Positions 12,489-22,300 of a stretch of DNA of 64,000 nt are shown in pieces. The position numbers and the translations under genes were made by a program. The notes beneath the pieces were generated by a model. It saw only the letters and a list, made by a program, of their open reading frames with translations, was not told where the DNA came from and ran no database searches. The DNA comes from Hydrolagus affinis (lineage: Eukaryota): NCBI GenBank assembly GCA_012026655.1, contig JAAILG010000750.1:1-64000 (forward strand), read 5' to 3'. Position 1 is the stretch's first letter. The number at the start of each line of letters is the position of its first letter.

Positions 12489-15400
12489 GCTGGCAACTGC
12501 AATGATCACAACACTTGCCTGTGTTGTGTCTGCCAATGCAGCACTGCCCATAGTCAAGTAGGGAGAATTTCCCCCAAGTTGAAAGGTGCTGTATAAAAGC
12601 CTGTCTTGCATTGCTGTTTAGAAAGTATGTGTCGCAGTATGTCCCTTTTATAAAACCTGAAGCACAGTGTTTAAACAGCTGGCAATCACTGCGACAATTT
12701 CTTAGCTTGTCTGAGTGAGTAGCAACCCTCTGTTTGTTAGCTTACTCTCTAGTTCTGCACGTAGCTATTTGCTAATGATGTTCTACTCTGTGGCCTCTAT
12801 TCTTACTAGCACTAAACAACCCTGGTTTAGATAGACAAGTTGGTCATCTGCAGACTCTGACCAAGGTCAGAGTGTTCAAATGAATCATGAGCCCCATAGT
12901 GATAGTCCTTTCAAAATCAAGCCTACACCACCCTCTTAAAATGCACCCATGAGAGAGCAGTGAGTTCAGCGGAGAATGTTGGGCGGTAACAGGAGCCATA
13001 ACTGCTCCCAGGACACGTAAATGCTGTGAGATACACACAAGACTTTATACAATATTAATTTTCTCAATCTGCTGAATCATTGCCTTTGTAGATCATAATG
13101 AAGTGTATTATCTGAGCAAATGCAAGACATGGGGTTGATTTGGTTTAGAGGTGAAGGTTTTAATATATTTTCTCTGGCGGTGATTTGTGTGACCTGATGT
13201 GTGGTGTGGGTATGTGTGTGTGTTTTGCTACTCTTGACAGGCTAGAGAGGGTATTTTAATCCCCACTACACTTGTTACAGGGCTGCAATTACTGTTCTGT
13301 ATGTTACTGGTCCAGGACCAATAGAACTTAGACATTGTCATTATGAATGTAATACTCGTAAGTGGAGAAATGGTTTTGCATGATTACAAAGAGCAGGGGA
13401 GCTATGAAGCAGCTGTGGATTTTCAATTTGCCATCTTCATATGAAAACCCATGACTTTAACGTGCTTTTTTAAAAAAAACCTTGAGTAGCTTTACATTTC
13501 TGCTTCTCTTTGTGCAGAGCCATCACTGGGGTAATTGCCTGTGGTGAGCAGGTCCCACAATTGTGGTTTTTCTTTCTCCTTCCATCTAGATCGAGGTAAT
13601 GACACTTTCTGCTAGACTGAGTGGCTGCATGTTAATGTTGCCGATTGGAATCATTCAGACACTCGGTCCACGCAGTATGTTTGATTAGTATTAGTCCTGA
13701 TGTGCTTGTGTGGGGTCAGACAGCAGTGATGGCATACCTCTTCCAGCAAATATTGCTGTTAACTTCTAATCCTTGTTTCTTGACTTGTTGCTAGGAAATG
13801 AGCTGCTGTTCATCGTAAATCAAACTATTTTGACATTTGAATCTGATTTTTTTTGTATATGTGTAATCTGCATCAAACTTTCTTTAAAAAAAAAGTGTTA
13901 TGTAACCTTGATCAGTGAACTTTGAATTACACCCTGGATAGGCTGATGAGAAGAGATACTGTACTGTTTTTTTTTGTTTTAAACCCCCCCCACCCCCCCC
14001 CCCCCAAATTTACCGCTTAAGGTCACCTGCTTATAACCGGCATCTTAAAATGGACAAAATGCCGTTTTCTTTGTGTTCACTATGGGATTCTCGGTAAATA
14101 CTGTTAATTTAAGCCTTTTATTTTAAGGTTCACTTTTTGAGGAATGCAAAGTCATTGAATTTTATTTTTTAAAAAGCACCAGTTCAATCACCATCAACAT
14201 TAACTGTTCAGATTGCACCACGGGCACACTTTACAATGTGAGGTGTGAGCTCATCTTATCAATTCAAGATCCACATGCATAATTATTAAATTATTTTTCC
14301 TCCCACAATGCAAATATATATCACCCTTCTCTCAGTGGAATCTCCTTTCCCCTCCTCTTCCCATCTCCCTTTCCACACCCCCATTCCCTCCTCAGGACTG
14401 AATATTTGGGCAGCCTGTAGACCTTTAACATATCACCCACTTCACTTAGTGATTGCCTGTGCGTTTAACTGAATAACTTTGCACGATTGACTGATTGAGT
14501 CATTTTGGAGACAACTTGATTTGTTTATGCGCTGATTTTTATTTTATTTTATAAAAACCCGGGGATGGCTCCATAGTTATGAGAATACCAACAACTGTTT
14601 GGACTTTCATGTACAAAAATGAGCGACTAACTTGATGTGGGTTGGGTGGGGGCAATCACTGTCCGGAATTATTTGGTCAAGCACTTGGTGTATTTTTAAT
14701 AGGACTTTTGGTAAGCTTCCTGCAGCCTCACCATTTATATCACAACTGGAGAAAGCCTAGCTATTGGAAAGGGTCAACACTAAAGCCATCATGATTCTTT
14801 TGTTTTGTTTCCAGATCTTTGGACAGCTGGTAAAATAATGCCAGGGTTTATTTTTGGGCTCAATGATTGGAAGGGGTGGGTGGGGTAAACACCTGAAGGG
14901 GTCAGGTTCATTGTTTGACACCACTGTGGGCTGCCGAATTTGTATTTGCTGATAAACAGGCCTTGGAACTATAGCTGCTGGGGGTTGTGGATTCTTGCTC
15001 TTGCCCGTCTTTCCCTCTCTCTCCCTACACTGATATAGGAACACTAGAATTGTACGAATGCGGACTGGTATAATACACAGATCGCTTTTACTTGCTATAA
15101 GTAGCGTGCATATTTCTTTGGTTTGGTTTCAATCCACAAGTGAATTTCTGAACAGTAGTTGTAGATACTGCTTGAGCTGGGCACATGTTTGGCACTGGTG
15201 TGGTTCCTCTTCCTCCCCACACCCCAACCCCGATACCTGTTGGTACAAGCCTTCTAAGTTGCTGTCCCGTTGTATACTTGTTGCTCTTCAGAGCCACATT
15301 CTTTCCCCGGGAGCAAACAGCTACAGCCTCCTGAAGTATGCTTTACGCTGCCCCAAGATTGTGTGGGGTGTTTTGTTTTCTTACAAGTCCATTGCAAGTA

Positions 15401-15699
15401 CCCTCTGCCAGTGGTAATATTGGTCAGACCTTAACCGAACAATTCCTGCACCAGTTATTTTGATATTAATTCTCTGAAGGAGCAGAACAGAACCACCTTC
15501 ACATTTTCTTACACCGGTGATAAAAGATTATCTTTGCAGTTAACCTCCATCTTCAGCCTGTGAATCGCTTTGCCCTGTTAACACTTTCTTCTTATCAGTC
15601 AGAATGAATTGTAAAGCCCCAGTCATGCATCGGGTACCTTTTACGTTAGAGCTAATTTGCTGAATGTTCCTGGGATTCATAATGTTTCAGTGTTAACTC

Positions 15700-15705
15700 A
15701 ATAAA
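15700..15705 (+). terminator. distal polyadenylation signal AATAAA
   Basis: AATAAA followed by tttatcagtctttttgggatgtttttcc; SINE sequence resumes at ~15870. Confidence 0.55.
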
Positions 15706-16339
15706 GGCTTTTTACAAAGCTTTATCAGTCTTTTTGGGATGTTTTTCCTCTGCATTTGGAGGATATTTTGTTTGAATACCCTTATTGGTGTTGTCAGTAA
15801 CATTTCAGCGCCATGTTAATTCAGCTGCACATTCATTCACTTCTCTTGGAGAATTGTTTGGAATTGATAATAATAATAATCCTTGCATTTGATATATTGC
15901 CTTATTGTCAACAAACTAGTCATGCTACTTTATAGGATATACTTTGAAGCATTTTGAGATGTCTCAACAATGTCATCAACAATGCTACAAAAACACAGCC
16001 AGAATCTGGTGTTGTGTATCTTGAACAGTTCCAGAGGAGTTCAGTTTGCGGGACGGAACAGAATGGGGTGGTTGGGGGGTGGGGGGGCAATGTTTCAACT
16101 GTTTGTCTGTGCATTCCACATTACATTGGGGGTTATTTCTCAGCTGTTACTTTGTCAGATTCCTTAACTGACTGACACTTAACTGACTTTATTCTCCTTT
16201 TTGGAAACAAAAGTGTTTAGAACTACTTTGATGCTATAGAGCATTTATATAAGGCATTGTGCACTTGATATGTCACATTTACAATTATTTTCTACTCCCA
16301 TATGATTTTGCTGCTCAGGACAGTTTAATGTCTGACCTT

Positions 16340-16354
16340 CCAGCAGGTGGCGAT
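16340..16354 (+). promoter_or_regulatory. candidate CTCF site
   Basis: CCAGCAGGTGGCGAT resembles the CTCF core; lies between the RAD23 poly(A) signal and the EPS15L1 promoter. Confidence 0.4.
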
Positions 16355-17064
16355 GTCCAACCATTCTGTGGAGATGTGCATGGACTGATGTTCCTAGCCA
16401 GTTTCTACACCCTCAACTGAATTTAAACAATACTTGAGTGACATTAGAATCCTCGCATGTTTAATGTAAACCAGAAACTACAATAAGAGATCACAGACTC
16501 TAGCTCAGAAACATGAGGCACGACCAGATGCTGATTTAATCTAAACCTCAGGATGCTGTATCGAAGAAAATTATTTTAAGAACACTCAGAAGAAAGTACA
16601 GTACTTGAATTTTTAAAGTGCCTCAACATGTCAAAACATCTCTTGGTCTAATACTTAGTTAAGTGGCAGATTTTTGTAGGCAGCCCATTTGCATCATAAA
16701 TAATTCATGTTGTGAATTGGTGGCCAAGACACTGGGGGTGGGGGGGAGGAATCTTTTTGAATTGTGTCACAAGTTTTTTAACCTTCACCTGAATAGCCAG
16801 ATAACACCTCATTTCAATGTCACCTGTGACGATGTAGCGTTTCCCCAATACTGGGATGTTATCCTATGAAATGCAGACCTCATTGTAGGACTTCCAACAC
16901 ACATCCTTCTAACTTAAAGGCAAGCCAAAATGATACAGGCATCTTGGCCTCACTGCCGTTCTCGATGCTATACACATTTTTGACCAGTTGGATTTTATTT
17001 AAGGTAGTTTTGCCTCCATTGGGAATAGTTTCTTGCTACAACAAAACTACTTGCAATTATATAG

Positions 17065-17380
17065 TGCTCTGAACGTAAAGTGCCTCCGAGCGCTTAACCT
17101 TGCTGGATCTGGACTCCCCAAGATTGCAGGGAAGGGGGGCTGTAGGTGGCCAAAGGCACGGTCGAAGAGGAAGATCTTCAAGTGGGCCTTGAAAACAGGG
17201 AGAGGGCCAAGGCGGAGGGACTGAGGGAGTGTACCTGAGTGGGTGAGATGAGCGCCGCCATTTTCAGGAGGGAGGGAGGGAAGCCGGGGAGTGTTCCAGT
17301 GTTTCGGGGTGTAATGGCTGAAAGCGTGACCCCCAATAGTGGGGTGGAGGGTGCGACTGACGAGTAGGAGATCGGTGCGC
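17065..17380 (-). mobile_element. L2-type 3' fragment hosting the exon-1 copy
   Basis: gaagaggaagatcttcaagtgggccttgaa...ttccagtgtttcggggtgtaatggctgaaagc is the reverse complement of the L2 end motif seen at 10360-10470 and 18250-18365. Confidence 0.7.
17229..17291 (-). other. inverted duplicate of EPS15L1 exon 1 (5' UTR end + ATG + donor)
   Basis: Reverse complement ctccccggcttccctccctccctcctgaaaATGGCGGCGCTCATCTCACCCACTCAGgtacac versus 18761-18821: 3 substitutions and 2 single-base indels. Confidence 0.9.
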
Positions 17381-17894
17381 CAGTTAAGCAGAGAAATTCC
17401 CTAGGTAGAAACTCCCGAGGGGTGAATCTATTAAAATAAGTTAATAGTGATGGCTACCTAATAAGTAGGAAAGAGTGCACAAGCTAAGGCCCAGGGGGAT
17501 GATTTTCATTAAAGTACCTGCTCACCCTTAACCCCCTCCCTCCCATGCTCTCTGAATCCCTCCGCTGTGACTCCTCCCTCCCCACTTTCAAATCCCGCCT
17601 AAAGACCTTCTTGATCATGCTTATGGGTCCCTGCCCCACCCTCCACCCCTGGCTTGGGATCAGACTCCTCCACGGGATCAAGGGATCAGGTCTCTACCCC
17701 AGCACAGAAGGCGCTACGGTAAAAGCAAGTTGTGTTTAATTGGAGTCTCCCAAGATCCTAAAACCCCCAAAAAACTGCTGTCAGTCTGAACCAGGAGCTG
17801 CAGATTCTCAACATTGCAGGCGCTGGCGGCATCAACCTCTATGGTTGCACACTTGACCTCACCAAGCCAGTCAGGAACTGAGGTGTTTTGTTTG

Positions 17895-18520
17895 ATCCTC
17901 AACTTTCTTCCCCCACATCCAAGCCATGACCCGCTCGGCCTTCCCTCACCTCCGCAATATTGCCCGACTCCGCCATTACCTTACCCCTAAGGCTTCTGAA
18001 ACTCTCATTCATGCCTTCATTACACCCCGGCTTGACTATGTAAAAGCCCTGCTTGTCGGCCTTGTCCGACTCCATTGGCTTCCCCATCACTCAGAGGATT
18101 CAATTCAAGATCCTGGTCCTCACATTCAAAGCCCTCCACGGCTTAGCCCCACCCTACATCCGTGACCTCCTAACCCCCTACCAACCTGCCCGCCCCCTCC
18201 TACTCCACAGCCTGCTCCACGTCCCCTGACCCACCTGCCCCACCATCAACGGGCGAGCCTTTGCCCACTCTGCCCTCAACGTCTGGAACTCCATCCCACA
18301 TTCCCTCTGCCTCGCCCCCTCCCTGGCCTCCTTCAAGTAGCGCCTCAAGACCCGTCCTCTTCAACGGTGCCATTGGTCACCCGAAAACCCCCCCTTTCCT
18401 TCCCCCCTCCCCGTCCCTGACCTCAGCTCGGTTCTGAAACAATGACTGTCCAGGGGCTTGGGACGTTCTCCTGAACTGAAAGGCGCTGTCTGTACAAGTG
18501 TCATTTTGTTGTTGTTGTTG
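17895..18520 (+). mobile_element. L2-type LINE 3' fragment abutting the EPS15L1 promoter
   Basis: AFPHLRNIARLRHYLTPKASETLIHAFITPRLDYVKALLVGL (L2 ORF2 C-terminus), frameshifted; ends in (ttg)n. Confidence 0.85.
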
Positions 18521-18544
18521 CTGAATTCCATTGACAACAATCAA

Positions 18545-19320
18545 CACACGTGGGAGGAGGAGGTGGGGAAGAGCAATAGCTTACGCTGGGTGCGTGCGTG
18601 CCCTTGCGTGATGACGTCGGGGAGCTCCGCCACCACGTGACCTACGACGCCCAGTGACGGCGACGACGCTGCCCCCGCCGCCCCGCATGCGCATTGACGC
18701 TGCGTCTCGAGCGCAGGTGGCGGCGGCGGCCAGTACGCGGCTCCTGCTCCCGGCTTCCCGCTCCCGGCTTCCCTCCCTCCTCCTGAAAATGGCGGCGCTT
18801 GTCTCACTCACTCAGGTACACACCGAGGGCGACCCCTGACCGTGAGGCGGGGTGGGGATGAGGGGGGGTGGGGGTGGAGAGTGCGGTGGCGAACGAGAGA
18901 GAGAAGAAAGAGACCGAGCAGTGAGTGGTAAAAGGCAGCCAAGCGTTGATTGTCCTTCCCCCCCCCCGCGAGCTCGAGCAATAATACTGTAGCGGAAGGA
19001 AGAGGCGGAGGTGGGGGGGTTGTGGGGGTGAAAGGGACGAAGCGTCACCGCGGGCTGCGGAGGCGCTAGGCCACGGGAGGGCGGGCGGGCAGCCACACAG
19101 TCAGTCAGTCAGTCACCGGCTCGTTGAGTGCAGGCGGACCCCTCGGCCCCGCGCCGGCACAGGGTGTGAGCCCGCCCCGGCTACACTACTTTGTGACCGT
19201 GAGTGGGTGGGTGGGAGCAATCGGCCGGCCCGCCTTCCCTCCCTCCCTCCCTCCCTCATTGCCGGCGGCTCCGGCTGTCAAGAGATATTAAGGCGGAATC
19301 GACCGAGGCTACACCGACCA
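18545..19320 (+). promoter_or_regulatory. CpG-island promoter of EPS15L1
   Basis: GC- and CpG-rich block around exon 1: E-boxes CACGTG (18547, 18634), CRE-like TGACGTC (18612), NRF1-like CGCATGCGCA (18684), YY1 motif AAAATGGCGGC (18786-18796) overlapping the ATG. Confidence 0.85.
18789..18815 (+). CDS. EPS15L1: EPS15L1 exon 1 (coding part)
   Basis: aaaATGGCGGCGCTTGTCTCACTCACTCAG|gtacac; MAALVSLTQ within the CpG island. Confidence 0.9.
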
Positions 19321-22300
19321 GTTTTTGTTGGTGGGGGGTGGGAGGAAGGGAGTAAATGACCTGTCTGTGCCAGGGGGTTGTGACTGCTGTACCTGGGGAG
19401 CGAATGTATGTATGAATTGTGTGGTGCGGCACGTTTGATGTCTAGGTCAAACCTGAGACTGTCTTGTGTGTGTGTGTGTGTCTCTCTCTCTCTGATCACT
19501 TGTCACAAAGACATGTCGCCTTCTTTGTGTTTTCTGAGAAAGTTGCCCATGGTTGATGATTGTCACCTTCTTGAAACTTCCTATTGGGAAGAAAGGGGCA
19601 CAGAAGCTGATGTGTGAAGCGAGGGAAGCTGCTGTCTCAAATGTTTGTATCATATCTATATATGTAGTTATATAGTTATAGTGCCTGGTCTGTTAAAGCA
19701 GCATTTTAAACTTTTTTTATCCTGACTACGGGTTATCATAGTTCAGTGAGTATAGTGCAGACTGACACTTTGGCATGGCACTGATTTATTTTGGTCCATG
19801 TAGTTTTTTTTTACGTGTCGAGTCTTCAACCGTGCCATCGGACAGTCCCCTTCTCGCCACCCTCACCGATCTTGACCCCCAGCTCGGGTCCTAACAGTCC
19901 AGCTCCTTGGGATATCCTCCCAACGTGAAAGGCGTTATACAAATGTAATTTTGTTGTTCTAGTTGACTGGTGGCTGTTTGATTGTATATCCAAGCCCAAT
20001 CCTGTTCTCAACTGGTGCCTGCAATTCCACCAGGAGTCACAGAGTAGCTGATTCTACATTTCCCAGTGTTTGAGAATACTGAAGACTGTTGTGTCAGCAC
20101 CCTCTCCTTCGTCTGTCCAACTCAGCACAGGTTAAGAATCGAGGTAATTCAGTGCCATATCTTGTGGTGCTGTTAATCAGAGTCTTTAGAGAAGCTTCTA
20201 ATTTGTTTTAATCTGATGTGAAAGAGCAGGCAAGGCCAAGAGAACATGCTGATTGTAAATGGCCAGAGCTATTCGTAGGTTAGTAGGACACTGAAATGCC
20301 GGACTCTTCCTCCAAAAGTGGTACTTGGCAACATTATCAATGAGGATTTACATTGCCATAAATGGAGCTCATTCAGCAGGTTAGCTGAATATTTATGTTA
20401 GAAGTCCCTGGAAGTGCAATACATACGAAGTCGACACAGAAGATCATTGTAATCTTATTTACCAAGTGGGAGTGGTTTCATTTGCAAAGGAGTGCTTCAA
20501 ATATTGGATTTTGACTTGCAACATCCATTGCACCTTTTAGATGCAACAATTACTCATTTTATGGTACTTCATGATCATGCTTTGCACATATGGTTTGCAA
20601 TGGCTTGGCCTGAAGTTAGGAAATTAATGAGAGTGTTGCAGATGATAGATTTAAAAATAACCAAATTTAAAGCTCATTTGGCCAAATCTGTGTAGGAGAC
20701 CTGATTTGAATCCATGATTTTCTGTGTTCTGGAGGTTTCAATGGTATATCTGCTGTCACTTAAATAATCAAAAAGTATTTGACAAAGTTCCATGCAGGAA
20801 TCTACAATTGAAAAGTTAACAAATTGGTTGCATTTGCAAACTAGTTAAGCAGCAATAACAACAAAATTGCATTTGTTTATCGCCTTTCACGTTGAGAGGA
20901 TGTTCCTGGATAATAAGTGTTTTGGAACAAAGCTGGGGGTCGGGATCAGGGAAGGTGCGGGGGTGGGAACGGAGGGTGATCGAAGGCATGGTTGAAGAGG
21001 AGGCTCTTGAAGGAGGGAAGGGGCAGGTGGAGAGACTGCGGTGCGGGGTGGAGGTCCAAAGAGTGGCTGAAGGTGGGGCAGGTGAGGTGAGGGATGTGAA
21101 GCGGGCCAGAGTCTGGTGAGTGGAGGGCAGGTTGGTAGGAGGTTAGGAGTTCGCAGAGGTAGTGTGGAGCAAGGCCATGGAGGACTTTGAAGGTGAGGAC
21201 AAAGATCTTGAAATCTATCCTCTGTGAGAATCCAGTGGAACCGGGCGAGGATAAGATCACGGAGCCTGATGTGGGAGAGCTCTGGGTGATCTGCAGCCTT
21301 TGGAGGGAGGAGTTAGGAAGGCCGACAAGGAGGGAGTTTGCATAATCAAGACTGGGTGTCATGAATGCATGTATGAGGGCTTTGGCGCCCTGTGGTATGA
21401 GACGGTGATGGAGCTGGGTGATATTGCAGCAAGGTTTGTGTTCTACAAGGATCTGTTCTGATACCACAAAGTTCATACTATTCTGAAATATGTAGGATTG
21501 CACTTTATAGCACCAAAATAAAATTTGCTGATTACTAAGTTATCTGGCCAGATGGTGAGAAGAAAAGAGATTGATAATATCCAGAGGGATTTGAGCCAAT
21601 TTAGCAGATGTGCTAAGGAGTGACAGATGGATTTCAGTGTGGATAAGTGCAATGCATATTTAACAAGAAACCTGTGTAAATGAAGAAGTATTTATTCACA
21701 ATGAAGCAAATCAGATACCGAGATGTAATAGGAGAGAGTTTGACAAAGTCAAAATCTGTTATCCTGTGTGTTTAGATGTTTAGAATGTGTTGTGCGTTTT
21801 GGTTATAATAATACTAATAATACTCCTTGGATTTGATTTGCACCTTATCACATCTTCAAGACGTCTCAAAGGATGTCACAGAATATATTGTAAAGTGAAT
21901 TGACTGTCAATCATTGGAAATAGTTCATTGAAGAAAGGCAATTGAAAAAGAGAAAGACTGATGAGCCATGATATAGGATTTTAAAATATGAACTGTATAG
22001 AAAAAATGTATGTGAGCCAGCTGAGGCTATTTGTTCAGTGAAGAAGGGTAGACTTAGAAGGCACAAGAACAACATTTACAATGCTCCAGTGTGATTAGAA
22101 CGAACTTATTTTGCCACATAAGGTTGACGATATAAACCAACACCCCAGATAAATCAGTTTAATACTGAGTTGGTTGTTTATTTTAAATTTGGATACGTAT
22201 CTGTTTGTTGAAGATCTTGAGGGCCAACGGACAGATGGGCACATCTTCAGTAAATGGGATGGCTGTGTTACTATGACTACTGTAGTTGGAAGATAGATGA

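Larger units (their letters stand above)
11820..15725 (+). other. probable RAD23 3' UTR (long form)
   Basis: No recognisable interspersed repeats from the stop codon to AATAAA at 15700-15705, which is followed by a U/GU-rich tract; a proximal AATAAA lies at 12483-12488. Confidence 0.55.

Noticed and set aside
18541-19096. Minus-strand ORFs over the CpG island (possible bidirectional coding gene)
   Set aside because: GC-rich stop-poor frames with low-complexity products and no recognisable homology or exon chain.
20946-21503. 185-aa ORF, the longest in the track
   Set aside because: Decayed L2 ORF2 C-terminus, not a host gene.
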